64,000 nucleotides of DNA from the human T2T-CHM13v2.0 reference genome, Homo sapiens: assembly GCF_009914755.1 (NCBI RefSeq), contig NC_060940.1; one strand, 5' to 3'. Shown one piece after another: positions 33,270-46,539 of the stretch. A model generated the notes under the pieces. That model had not been told where the DNA came from, ran no database searches, and saw only the letters and a list, made by a program, of their open reading frames with translations. Every line of letters begins with the position of its first letter. The first letter of the stretch is position 1. A program made the position numbers and the translations under genes.

Positions 33270-33575
33270 CTGCTCTTCAATGCGGAAGCCACTGCCCACG
33301 TGGGGCTGCTGAGCTCTTTGGATAGAGCTGGTTGGAACTGAGATGTGCTAGAAGTTTAAATACAGAGTGACTTTACAAGATTTAGTACCCCAAACTTAAG
33401 AAGCATTCTCTGGTGGTCTTCATTAATAATTTCATATTGCTCACATATTTGAGTGATAATATTTTGGATATATCGGGTTAAGGTATTACCATCAATTTTA
33501 CCTGTTTTCCTTTCATGATGCCACTAGGCTACTGTAAATGACACATGCGGCTCAATTTTATTCCTATTGGACATT
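33270..33575. mobile_element. MER33-like hAT DNA transposon relic
   Basis: aactgagatgtgctagaagtttaaatac...gataatattttggatatatcgggtta...attcctattggaca. Confidence 0.6.
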
Positions 33576-33849
33576 TCTGACTTAGAGGACTCCCTCCATT
33601 TTCAAATCTCATGCTGCCTCCACAAGGGACCAGAGGCCATGAAGGTTATGAAATCTGAAATTTTAAAAGAATCGTTATTATATAATTTTCAATTTTACAT
33701 ATTACCTATATTACTCATAAATTGATATAATCTTATGAGCAAAGTTAAATACCAATGTCCGGAGCAGCCCCAGGTCCCAGCACAGGGAGTCAGCCCTGCC
33801 TGAAAAGGGCTGCGGACAATCATTCATTCAGGCCTCATTCAGCCACACC

Positions 33850-34450
33850 TGTGATCGCATCTCCTGTCACTCGGGGGTAAGGGGGCGGGACCTGGAGCCC
33901 TATCCATTCAGCGGCGCCGTTGTCGAGCCTGTCCAATCAGGCGCGCAGCCGAAAAAGGGGGCGCACTTCCTGTGTTCTGGGCTGGCCTTTTCCTCTCCCA
34001 GGTGCGCTTCCCTGCTTGATCTGTGTACCCTGCTCTTTCTCCTTCATTCCGCAGCCTCCTTTGCCCTGTGACCTGCAGGTACTGGACGGTCCCTAGAGAG
34101 GATACCGGGACGCTCCTGAAGCCGCGAGATGGTGAGTCTGCGGGGCTGAGCTTCCCGAGACGCGGCAGGGGTCGGCTGGGAACCGGGCCTGCCCCTGGCG
34201 GCTCCGGGGTCGGGGCCCGGAGTCTCCTCGGTCACACGGTGCGGCTCGGCCGGCAGCTGGGACCCCGGGCGCCTCGTCCCGTCCCTGCGCGACGACCTTG
34301 GTCCTGCCTTGAGCCCTCTCTGGGCAGTTTCGCGCCCGCAGCCCCGTGTCTCCCCGCGTTGTGCGGTGATGACGGGAGGGGCCGTAGGGGAGAACCCCGG
34401 CTCGGGGTTCGGGCGTGGGAGGAGCTGTGGTCCGTGGGGTCCGTAGTCCT
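33850..34450 (+). promoter_or_regulatory. CpG-island promoter and KRAB-ZNF-type first exon ending in ATG (34129-34131), GT donor at 34132
   Basis: GC box gggggcggga (33881), ccaatcag (~33933) and ETS-like cacttcctg (~33964). The exon end gggacgctcctgaagccgcgagATG|gtgagt is homologous to the exon at 46825. CpG-rich. Confidence 0.85.
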
Positions 34451-35067
34451 TTCTTTCTTTTGTTAAAAATTAAACTGAGGTTTGGTTAAAACGTTAAAGA
34501 TTTTATCTGAGCAAATGACCCGTGAATCAGGAAGCCACAACCATGGATTGTGGTTTGGGGTCCACCGGAGGGGCTTGAAGGAAAGGGTTTAATAAGATGC
34601 ATGAGGAAGCAAAGCCAATTCAGTAATTGATTGGCTACAATTACGTAGTCCCCTTATTTGAACTGTCCAGGCGGAAATTCCCTGATTATGTAATCAAAGG
34701 TTAATTGGTGGTTTGTGGTTGGTTAAGAGTGTTTTCTTTTCCTTTAAGTTATTTCGAAGAAATGCATGAGTTACGTTTTGGTTTTCTTAGGTAGAAACCC
34801 AGGGCACTACAGCCACTTCAGTCAAATTGCCTCCCATTTAATTATTTTAACACCCCACAGGGGGACTGATTTTCCCTGCATTTTCCAAATCTATGGCAAG
34901 GAGGGTCTCAAATCCACCACCCTGTTCCCCCAACCTAATTCTTCTAAGGCTTTCAGTAAAATTCTAAATTTTCACTTCCTTCTCCTGATTCTCAACTGCC
35001 AGCTTCCCCTCTGCAATTCACAACGTTATCAACTATTTGCTCTTTATTGTAGATTTCAAGCAGATGC

Positions 35068-35277
35068 AGCCTGACCATTAGGGCCAAGGCCAAATTGCAA
35101 AAAAAAAAAGAAGTTTGCCTTTATTCTACTCCATCCACATCTAAACTTTGGAGGTCAAGGCTGTGGACAGATCAGAAGACATAGTTCCCTCCTTCTGGGG
35201 CTCCACATCCTTCATTCACTGATCTCTGGGAAGGAGGATGGGTGGCAGGTAGGCAGCAATAGTCTACCTGTAGACAC
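35068..35277 (+). repeat. Direct repeat A, copy 2
   Basis: agcctgaccattagggccaaggccaaattgcaaa...ccacatctaaactttggaggtcaaggctgtggacagatc...cttcattcactg...acctgtagacac. Confidence 0.9.
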
Positions 35278-35489
35278 TTTCACCTAGGCCTTGAAGGATG
35301 AGTCAGTGTTTGCCCGACAGACTGAGATGTCAGGGGCAGCATGGAAAAGCAGAGAGGTGGGAGGGCAGGTTTCAGGTATTCTCAGTCCTCTGTGGTTTGG
35401 GGAATGTAGACCTAAGTGCAGGAGCCGGCAGGAGCTGGGGTTGCCTTTAGGCTGGTGCCTGAGAACACCGGCTTAAGAAGCTTGATTTT

Positions 35490-35766
35490 GGCTGGGTGTG
35501 GTGGCTCATGCCTGTGATCCCAGCACTTTGGGAGGCTGAGGCAGGCGGATCACCTGAGCTTAGGACCAGCCTGGCCAACATGGCCCCGTCTCTACTAAAA
35601 ATACAAAAATTAGCTGGGCGTGGTGGCACATGCCTGTCCCACCTACTTGGGAGGCTGAGACAGGAGACTCTCTTGAACCCAGGAGGCGGAGGTTTCAGTG
35701 AGCCAAGATCACACCACTACACTCCAGCCTAGGCAACAGAGCAAGACTCCATCTCAAAAAAAAAAA
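35490..35766 (+). mobile_element. Alu (AluS-like)
   Basis: Dimer with small deletions; TSD aagaagcttgattttg / aagcagcttggttttg. Confidence 0.93.
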
Positions 35767-38514
35767 GCAGCTTGGTTTTGTGAGCAGTGTGCTTCTTAGA
35801 AGGGTTCCAAGGGGCATTCTTGAAATAGGAGATGGGAAATTGAGGTTGGGTGACTAGATAAGTGGTGGGGGGCCTTCACACGCTGAGACCAGTTTGTGGA
35901 GGAAGATGAATTTCATCCCTGCAGGATGGGTCTTCCATGATACTGAAGGGAGAGCCACATGTTGATGCCCAGGACCAGCTGCCTCCTTGGTCTGAAAGGC
36001 CTGATCGAGGCCAGGATTGGCTATGAGAGCTGGGAAATGGGACCATCTTTGAAGCCATGGGAGAGGGTGAGGTGAGAATGAGGAGAGGCTGGGGGGCCCA
36101 ACACTCCCAGCTCAGGACTGGAGGAAGAGGATGGAGCTGGAGAGGGAGGGACGAGGGTGTGGCATTGGTCAGGGAGGAGGAAAGGAAATGAGCAGTGGCC
36201 TGGGTGCTGGTGAGTGGACAGATGTACCTGGGCTGGAGAAGCCCCTGGGGCTTGGCCCTGAGGGTGGCCTTGGTGATGTGGGGAGAGTGGTTTGGACAGC
36301 GAGCTCAGGTGGAAGCCAGACTGTGGTGGGCTAAGGAGCAGTTGAGGAGGGAGGCACAGGATGTGAAAGGGAGAAGGTGCAGCTTGCAGGTGTGCCGAGG
36401 GTGAGCTGGGACTGTGGAGTCAAAGCTCTGGAGGGCACGCGGACACCGTTCCATATGACTTGTGTCCATCCAAGTGGGGTGAGGTGGACAGCCCTCCCTC
36501 ACCAGCAAGGCCCAACCAACTCAGTGCCTTTCTTGTCACCCCCAGAGCCACCATCACTCATGTTCTTGAATGGGAACTGCCTGGAGACCCTGAAGAAGAA
36601 GGAGCCTGAAGGAGGAAGGAGGAGGCTGAGCCATCCCGGGAACATGGGCTGGATGAGGCCAAGCCAGGAGACGACACCACCAGATAGAAGTCACCATTCA
36701 GGATTTGGACTTTTCTGTGGAGATCCTGGCCCCGAGATCGAACCCTTCTCCCTGTGGGTATGATGGAGGAGGGGATCTGGGGACCAGGGCTTGAGCCTGC
36801 TGGGGAAGATGATGCTGGAAAACTCAGCCTTGCCCTGGCTCTTTCTGGCCCTGTGCTATAGGCAGGAAATGGAGGGCCCTGGGCCCTGCCCGGGGTCACT
36901 CTGCTAATGTGGTGGACCTGGGAATGGAGTCCGGGTTCAGTTACTGCCTTATTGCTAGAGGACAGCTACCAGCTGGGCCTACCAGCCCTGTTCAGGGAGA
37001 GGAGTGGGAATGGGTGGGTAGTGTCAGGTCCCAGGATGCCCCAGCCTCTTGGCTCTGTGCCCTCAGGCAAGTCACCTCTCTATGGGCCATGGCCTTACCA
37101 TCTGTCACCGGGGCCTGGAGGGTGGTATTGGGTGTTCTCCAAGGACAGAGCAAACCCGGAGGACTTGCAAGCTGGTAACTTGGTGGGGAGCCTGGCAAGA
37201 CCCTCTCATGTCCTCTCTACTCACAGGCTTGGGCCCTGGAGCACCCCTTCAGGAAGGAAAAGGCCATTTGCCCTGGGGCACTCAGCCCTTGGCACTAGGC
37301 AAGGGCAAGAGCAAGCCTGCCGTTCCCCCTCCCCACTTTCTTCCATCTCCCTCTCCTTGGCTCGGGGGTTGCTCTTAGGCTGCAGGAAGAGTCAGTGGGG
37401 CCAGGCTCTGTCCTGCACTTAGGCACACAGGTGCCAATGGGCATGCTGTATATGGACAGGGCCTGGAATGTAAAAGCCCAAAAGTGGGAAACTGAGTATT
37501 TGAGACACTTATTCTCAGGACCCAGGTGTTTTGGGCTGGGGAAGGGGTATGTCCTTGCTCCCTACCATGTGGCCTCTGACCGGGCTGGTCCGGGCCTTCT
37601 CCCTGGCAGGTGTTCCCGCAGGAGATGGTGCTGGAGATCCACCAGCTGTTCATGGACCATGAATACCCATGTCACCACATCACTTCTCACTGCACCTGGG
37701 TGGCAGCACACTGGACCACGTCTCAGAGCTGCGCAGCATGGCAGGGCTGCAGGCGGGCTTGCTGCTCCACGTGGTGGAAGGTTGGTCTGGAAGTTGGGCA
37801 GCCTGCCCAGGGAGGGCCCCTGTAAGCAGGGCCGGGCAACACTGCACTGCCCCAGCTGGTGTCTCTATTTCGCAGACGAGCATATGGAGGTGGGATTGGA
37901 GCACAAGTCTGCTTTTCAGGGCATCATACCTGCACTCTCTAACTTCATGGCCCAGGGGTGAAAAAACAGTTGAAATTCTGAAAAGAAAGTCAGGCAGTAC
38001 GAAGCTAGGGCTTGGAATCCGCCCTATTAAATTATGAAAAGATGAGTGCTTAGTTTCCTAAAGAAACTAAAGTTTCACAGTCCTTGAGTGGGGAAGTCGG
38101 CTCCAAGCAGCACCATCAGCTGGTGTAGTGAGCCTGGCTTGGTTGTCAAATAAAAGCTTCCGTAGACTCAAGTTCTCTGGGTGAAGCACTCAGGTTCCCA
38201 GGGCCTGACTACTTGTGGAAAAGGTCTGTAGCTCAAGGGGGCCCACAGTTCATCACAATTTCTCCCTTCCTCCAAAACAATGACCATTAAAATCCCATGA
38301 AACTCAATGGGGGCGTTAAATTTGGCAGCCCTAGAAAGTTGTCAGGCCACCCCTGCATGAAGGCTGCCCCAGGAGAGCAGGGTGAGGCTGCAGAGGCCTA
38401 GCGCACAAAAAGCAGGAGGCCTTTTGTGGGCTCCCCAAGGCCTGTGTGTGCTTCAGAAGCAACTGGCAGGAGGTTCTTTGCAATCAAGGATTCTTGCCCT
38501 TAGCAAGCCAGGGT

Positions 38515-38567
38515 GTGTTGTGTGTGTGTTTGTGTGTGTGTGTAGGTGCGCACGTGCACACGTGTGT
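38515..38567. repeat. (TG)n-rich microsatellite
   Basis: tgtgttgtgtgtgtgtttgtgtgtgtgtgtaggtgcgcacgtgcacacgtgtgt. Confidence 0.85.
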
Positions 38568-41500
38568 ATTGAAACCAAACTCTAGCTTATGTGTCCATAG
38601 TGGAATTTGAAAATGGAAGCCTAAAGTTGAAAATTAAAATTATCCATGAAGTTTCCTTGCCAACTATTTTCTAAGCTGGGTGGGTTGTTCCAGGGTGCAG
38701 GGCCCTGGTAACACCCTCCTCTCTCCTGTTCCTGACAGAGCCCTGCACAATGCACAAGGCCCACGGTGATGAGTGCCACATTTGAGACTGCTCAGGAGCC
38801 TGGACCCAGCTGATGCAGCTCCTTGTCCTTCCTGAGCGTCTTCACTGACAGTGGCCTGAGAGGTGTGGAGGCATTGGGGCCAGAGATTGGGCAGGGGGCA
38901 GAGGGGCAGGGAACAAGGAGGCCAGAGGCTGACGAAGGGGGCTTAAGGCCAGGCCTTTCTACCTGGAGGGGCCTGGGCCTGAGGAACCCAGACCAGGGCC
39001 ACAGTTAGAGGCAGCTGGCCCTGGGTGCTTGTGTGCTGACCACCAGCCTTGGGTCTCACAGACGGCAGGAGCAGAAAGACTTGGAGATGGACCCCACCGA
39101 CTGCACACCACCCAAGTACATCCTGCTAGGGACCCTGGAACAGCCACTGTGTCCCCTGCAACCCCAGAACGGTGACTAAAAGGTGGGACTCCAGGGAGGA
39201 GCAAGGAAGAGGGTCCCCGGGTGGGTGGAGGGCCACACACCAGGAGGCCTGGCCCATTCATGCTTGGCCATTCCTGCAGCCCCTGAAAGTGCTCACCGTG
39301 AGCGGCTGGTACCTGTCCCCTGGGAACTGCAAGATGCACAGGACCTTGTGTACCTGTTTGTGATCACAGCCGAGGACCAGCGAGGTAGCATTACCACATC
39401 CACACAGGGCTTTTACCATAACCGGTGAGTCCCTGCCAGCCTACCAGGGGCACCCACTCAGGGACCACCCTCTTCTTGTAGGTCTCCAGCCTGTCACTTC
39501 AACCCCAAGCCCACCAGCCCCCGCTTCCTAAGCAATTCGCAGGGGAGCTGCTCTGCCAGATCTGACTGCCTTTTACAGAACATTGTGCCCTGCGTCAGGG
39601 GAAGGGGAGTGCCTTTGCCCCGTCTGCTCCTGCCCCGCTTCATGTCACACAGGGGTCTGGGATGATTTGGCTAGCCCAAACTCAGTGCTTCTGCCCAAAG
39701 AAATTGTCCCCGGGCCCCCAGTGCCCAAGTCTCCCTCTAGGGAGCTGTGAACCAGCTCTGGCTAGAGCAGCCCTGAAGCAGCGCCCATGTGCTTCTGACT
39801 CGCCTTTCAGGGCAGCATCTCAGGGCCAGGAGAACCCAGAGCAGGTGAGGGCCTCGATGAAGAAGGAGCCTGTGGCAGCGTCCTGAGATTGGTGGGTGGC
39901 CCCATCTGCCTTTCCCCTGCCTGCCTTGAGGTCCAGTACCACCCATTCGAGAGGGGGCCACCTCATTCCAGGTGTGCAGCTGGATGGCCCCTGTGACGGA
40001 GTACACTGTGGACTGCAGTGTGGAGAGGCATCTGCACCTCAAGGCTGGGCTGTGAGGAGCACATTCCTGCATAGGGGCCTGTAGCCTGGCCCGGTCCTCA
40101 GTGGGAACCCCCTTCCTTCCTGGGTGCCAGGTGGGGTTCTGTGCACTTCCCTGAGGCTCCCCACAGGTCTGTTCATTGGGGAGTCTGGGGCTGTCTGTGG
40201 GGAGAGAGGAGAAGGGACTTCCCAGAGCAGGTTGCAGTGCACAGGCTGAGCCCATGTCTCCCTCCCTGGTCCCTCTGCAGCCCCAGTACTGGAACGAGGA
40301 GCTGCAGATGATGAGGGACCTACCCAACAAGAACCAACCTGAGCAGCTGCTTCAAGAAAAAGCCATGTTCAAGGTGCCTGAATCCCCTGGTAAGTGAGTG
40401 ACAGCCTCACAGCCTCAGGCCCACCTGGCTCCTGCTGGAAGGTTTTCTTGTGCTCGGGAGAGAAGTGAGGGAAGCCGGCAGTCCCAGCCCTGTCAGGTGC
40501 CCTGAAGGCCCGTCAGGTTTGCCCTGCAAGGCCTTCTAGCATTCTGCTTCCTGGGAGACCATCCCCCACCTTTCTCCGGCCTCTGAGACTTTGAGTCCTT
40601 GGGAGGAGAAGGCCCTCCTTGCTATCTGGGCTGAGTGGCCAGGGCCATCCAGCTTCCCACCCTCCACTGACTGCCATGGGGCCCTCCCCTGAGCACATGG
40701 TGCCCAACTGTAGCCCTTCTAGGGCAGGGGCTCATTGGCAGCACTTGCAGCTTGCTGGCACTTAAAAGTCATTAGTGCGGTTACTGAGAGAAATGAGGAA
40801 AAAATAATTGTTAAAAAAAAAAAAAAATCTCTCCTAAACTTACTGTGTAACATGGAAGAAGTAACAGCCAAAATTTCTTGGGTACTAACTTTACCAGGAT
40901 GATTCCAAGTGCTTTATAAGCATTATTTCCTATAATCTTTTGGACCCCTTGTAAATGTCAATACTTTCCATCATCATCGTTGCATAGACAAGAAACTGGG
41001 TCTGAAGTTACCTGCCCTGGTTTGCCTGGCACATAGCTGGTGGATCCCAAACCTGCCGCAGCCCTCATACTCCTTGGTAGCCACTAAACTCTGTGCCTCT
41101 TTAAGCATAAGTGTTTACTTTTTTGTAGAAATGATTTTCTTGCCCTTCTCTAAATATAAGGAAACTGAGGCAAGGGTCTCTGGCTCCCAAGGCAGGCCTG
41201 GTTGCCTCTCCCATCTTGGCGAGCTGGACCAGGTGGATGTAGCCTGAGGCTTTTGTGGGCATGGCCTCTCACCCTCCCAGCCTTGGTCCCTCCCAGGTAC
41301 ACAGCAACTTCAGAATGGCAGCCACATGGGGCGCCATGGTAGTCAGGGAGGCATCGTCATGGCCATCAGTCCCAGTGAGGAGACCAAGCTGCAGATGTTC
41401 ATGTGGAGCCGCATCATCTTCAGCCTGGGCTTTGTCATTAGTGGCCACTACAAGGACTTTGCCAGGGATGTGGCAGCCTCCATAGCATTCACCAATGACC

Positions 41501-43760
41501 TGAACGGTGAGCACCCGCACAAGGCAGCGGACATGGAGGGTCTGTACACGCTGGACACAGCAGAGGTGGATGACCGCAGCTACTGGGTCAGGTTCCAGTC
41601 CTCATCCCTGGCATCCTGGAGTGGGACCAGGAGCAGAGTGTCATCTATGGCTCCACTGACTTTGTAAGATGGTGGTGTGGCCCCCATCGTGTTGCCTGGA
41701 TCTGCTGGAGCATGAGTTAACTGCTCAAGACCCTGTGCCACTGCATGCTCAACCAGTGCAACGATGAGGCGGAGCTCTTCTCGGTTGAGGGCAAGTGTGT
41801 CACTGGCAATGACAGATACTACCTGCTGAGCCCCCTCCCCCTGACCTCAGCTTCCTGCCTGTGCCCCACAAGGAGCTGCCAGAGGAGTGCTCCCATGCCA
41901 GCTTCCCCTGCACCCACAGGCACAGGTTCTGTCGCTTGTGCCAGGAGCTGGTGGATGTCTTTGTGGAGCACAGTTGAGGAGCAGCCCTGTGAGGCTGAGG
42001 CTGCAGCCAGCTGCACTCTGCTGCGGGCACGGGCACCCTGGGTTGTTCTGGGGCTGGATCGTTGAAGAGAGAAGCTCTGGACAGTGAAGAAGAGCTCGTT
42101 TTGGCCACACTCACTAGAGCCCCTTTCCCATCCCCCACCCACCTGCCATCAGGCTCCCAGATGCAGAATCTGGAGCTTTGTGTTGGTTGCAAGCCAGCAA
42201 GCAGTCAAACCAGTGACCCAGCTGAGCTGTGCTGTTCTCCTAAGGAGCATTTGGAAGTCACTGGGTGGGTTGTGAAGGTCACAGTCCCTGAGTGTTGGTG
42301 CTGCTGGTTTTTAGTGCTTAGGAGTTGGCCATGTTAAATTTCCCACACCACAAGTAACTCTTTTCCAGAAGCCAGTGGCATTCCTGTCTCTGTTGGAAGT
42401 CCTGGTCTGAATGTGGACCCTCTCTCCCCGACCTCTATACTCTGGCTGTCTTCTTCCTGTCTGGGGAGATCTGGCAGCCACCACCTTGTTGCCTGGGTCT
42501 GTGAGAGCAAAGCTGAGTTCTGGTCCGGCTTGTAGCAGAAGAAGGAATTTGACACCATCTATAAGGCCCAGGTGGGCTGTGGCAGGGCCGGTGGGTTGAG
42601 CTGCGCCTGTAGGCTGTGGGCAGCTAATCCTTTCCTGCCTGTGCTCTCTCCCCTGTTTTTTGGTGAGAACCACGAGAAGGAAAGCTCCGAGATCCTCAAG
42701 TGCCCGGCCCAGCAGGCCATGGCCCAGCAGCACACTGTGAATGGGAGATACTGGTCGGCTGCAGTGCCAGCATCCTGCCCCTCCAGCTATATCCCTGGGT
42801 GGAGCTGGGCCCCCACCCGGCCTGGGTAGGATGAGCCTCACTCACAGCTCATCCCCCCACGGCCCCTCAGTTCACAGCCCCCAGTATGGCCAGCGTCTTG
42901 GAGCAGCTCCAGGTCATCGGTGATGTCCTCTTCATTCTTCTCAGCTGAGGCCCCTCCATGGCTCCCTACTTAGAAGTTGGCCTTTAGTTTTTTAAGATAT
43001 GTAATAGGCTGACATGGCTCAAAATTGAAAAGTGTAGCCAGTGATGAGAACTTCCTTGTGAATCCTTCCAGAAATACTCCATGTGATCTTTATCCCCCTC
43101 TTTTTTTTTCTTTGGAATTGTGGCATGCCACGGATGAAGGTTATTATTGTTTACTTCATTTAACAACGTATCTTGGTGATCTTCCATTTCAGTTCCTAGG
43201 TAGTGGCTTTATTCCTTCCTAGGCTGCCTGTGGTTCCAGTGCAAAATGTGCCTTAGGAGCAGGCCCTGAGGACTCCCGCGGTGCTGTCACAAGCAGTGCT
43301 GCCTTTGGGAGCCCCTAACCTCCTGCTTTTTCTCTCCTCAGTGTGGGAAAGGGGTTTGGTCAGCCAGGGGTGTCAGCAGCCCTGTCCCACACCCATTGTC
43401 TACACCTAATCTGGTGGCAGGGAGGCCACAGAGTGCAGTGATTGGAACTGGGTGAGAGGGTTAGAGGCAACTGGGCCCTAGGCCGAGTCAAGTGCATGGA
43501 ATCCTGACTGTCAGCAATTAGGGATCTTTCTGCTTTTGGGAGGGAAGTACTTGTTCCACGCATCTCACTGAATATGGCACGGAACCTGATCTGTCCCAAG
43601 TGGGAGTTTAACCAAGCTAGCGGGGGCCCAGGGCCCTGGCCCAGTCTGACACCTACCTCCTCTCCCACCTTCTACTCACCCAGAAGACTAGGAGAATCTG
43701 AAAGCAGAGGTGGTGCAGCGTCACTAGCTCCAGGAATCCAGAAAAACAGGGATAGGGCAT

Positions 43761-44041
<281 letters not shown>

Positions 44042-45660
44042 CTATGGCCACTGAATCTGAGCCCCTGGGGGCAGAGGAACTGAGCTCCCAGCCCTGTGGC
44101 TGCCAAGGATCCTTTTTCCTTGAGCTTGCAGGGATTGAGAGAGAGAGAGTCAGCGGCCCTGATGTTAGCGATGCAGACTCCAGGAGAAGGGGGCATGCTC
44201 GCAGTTTAGAGGAAGTGAGCCCCTCTTCCACGTTCCACTCCCACCATCCTCCTGGGACCCCAGCCTGCATGCCCCCCAAAAGATGCTTTTGCACTGATTC
44301 AACAAAGCCTAAAGATGCAAAGGCCTAATTGAAGACCTGTGAATGGCATGTACGGTCCTCAGTTCCCAGCTGAGGGGCCACTCGGGCTCCCCATATTCCC
44401 CTCAGCCTCTCCATCTTCCAACAGGGGTGTGGAGTGCATCCATGGCCATGAGTATTGATCTGTCCCAGCCTGTGCATTGCTCCGAGGCAGTTCTGAGTGG
44501 ATGATGTACAGATGGGATTCCTCAGCTCATTTGCGTGGTTGACGTTATGGCTGCTGGTTTTACTGCCACAACTCCCAGGCCCAACCTGGCTTAATGTCTA
44601 AGTTTTAAGCCAAAAAAGATGGGGAGCAGAGCTTTGTGGCAGGGCTGGGGGTTGGGGTCCACTTTAGTTTTGTGGCAGGATGAAGGCTGCAGTGGTTTTA
44701 TTAATCATGATTGGCCTGGCCGTAGCTCCAGGCTGAGAGGGACAGGTTTGTCAGTGGTGGTCCCCCAGATGTCCCTGTGCCCAGCCCTGGCCTGTCTGCC
44801 CTCAGGCCCAGCAGGAGGCGCTACCACAGGCTCTGACTGGCGTCCCTACTCCCTGTACCCCAGATGGACAGAACCTTCGGGTCTACAGTCGGAATATATC
44901 ATTCTCCCCATTTTAACCTGAGCTGCCTGACACACGGAGGGTGTGCTGGGTAAGGGGCCTAGGGAGCCAGGGTTGAATCATGGATCCTGGGGAAAGGTTG
45001 CAGACACAGGAAGGGTTGTCTCCTCTCTGTGGAGCCCTGCTGCTTACCACACAGCACCTTCTGCAGAGACTAGCTCTGAGGGTGGCAGGGGACCCCACAG
45101 GCCATGGCCACTCCCTCTCTGCACCTGTCCGTGCCTGCTGTGGAAGCCTGGACTGGGGGAGGAGATTGCTACCCTGTGAGCCTGAGGGAGCCACGTCCAG
45201 CTGTGACCTCTACCTGGGGCTTTACAGAGAGTTGTTTATGGGTAACAGACACCTTGTTTCAGAGGGAATGGGCATGAGCTGGCAAGTGAAGCACCCCCAC
45301 AGCTTATCAGGAACTTTTTCTCATTTTTAAACCATCATGTCTTCATTTCACATTGGAATAAAGTGAGGTTTTGGAACCTGCTGCCCCAGTCTCTGGATTG
45401 TGAGGGCTGTTGTCAAACAGGTTACTAGGAGAGGAATATGTATAAATTAGCTCAAATTCAAGGTTATGCTTGTAATGTCACCTGAGTGGGAAGTAAGAGG
45501 GTGGAGTCACAGGCACTCAGCTGGGATTTACCTGGCCTCGTCACTAGACTAATGGGATTGTGGCACAGGTGAACATCCCGTCATTGGAGAAGAAAGGCTG
45601 GATTGAAGGCCAGGTGGGGGAGGGGTGCTAGGCTGTGGGGTCAGGCCCTGGGCATGCTGG

Positions 45661-45910
45661 ACCTGTTAGGTCACTGAACATCTGACTGGGCACCTGCCCA
45701 GATTTGTCCCTTCAGTTGAGGTGGGATTGGCAGCACTCCCCAGAAGGCGTGCAGTGCCGGGAGAGTGGAGGAGGGTCTGACGTTTGCTATCCTGTGGTAG
45801 GTTTTAGAGCTAACTAGATGCTTGTGGAGAGCTAATGACATGGGAAGAAGGCAGCCCACCTTGATGGACCGGAGGGTTAGAGCCTGCGATGTGAGAAGCG
45901 GGTGTGTGGA
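45661..45910 (+). repeat. Direct repeat B, copy 1 (partner at 47748-47997)
   Basis: acctgttaggtcactgaacatctgactgg...gcactccccagaaggcgtgcagtgcc...gagaagcgggtgtgtgga. Confidence 0.95.
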
Positions 45911-46539
45911 GGTGGCCTGTCTACAAGAGGGCAAGTTTAAGGCCCATTGCAGTGGCACTATCTCAGCTCACTGCAGCTGGTGGCTGCCAGGCCATCCCTC
46001 TCCAGAGCAGGGAGGCCCTCAGCCTTATGTATAATTGAATGCCTTTTGGGATGCTTGGATAGTCCTTTATGTCTTGGAAATTCAGAAAAGAAAAAAAAAA
46101 TTACAATCCTCCTGTCTGTTAGTTTCCCTGAGCCAACTGGATAAAAGATGTCCCTGACCCCAAGATTTTAAGTGACACCCAAGGGAAGCCACCGTTACCT
46201 TGGCTGTTGAAGCCTCCTGCATGCTCCCCAAAAACCCCAGCAGTTTCCTCTGCAGTCCCACAGTTATGTCCTGAGCAGTGGGGTACCGTGTGATGAGAGG
46301 TGCTAAGGATGGGATGAGGGTCTTTCCTGTGTTATTAGAACGGTTAAAAAGTTGTTTTAAAGGTGCCCAAATGCCCTCCTTCTTAAACTTAATTAGCTAA
46401 TAAGATGCCTTATACAAGCAAAACCAGGTACGGGAAAGCAAGTGCATTTCAAGTCCAAGCTCACCCCTTAAATTAGCTGTAATACCCTCAGCAGGTGGCC
46501 CCACCTCAATGAGCCTGTCTCCCATTCAAAAAGCAGAAC

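Noticed and set aside
31923-33416. 18-bp match agaagcattctctggtgg at ~31923 and ~33399
   Set aside because: Isolated short match with no flanking similarity. I could not relate it to a TSD or element boundary.
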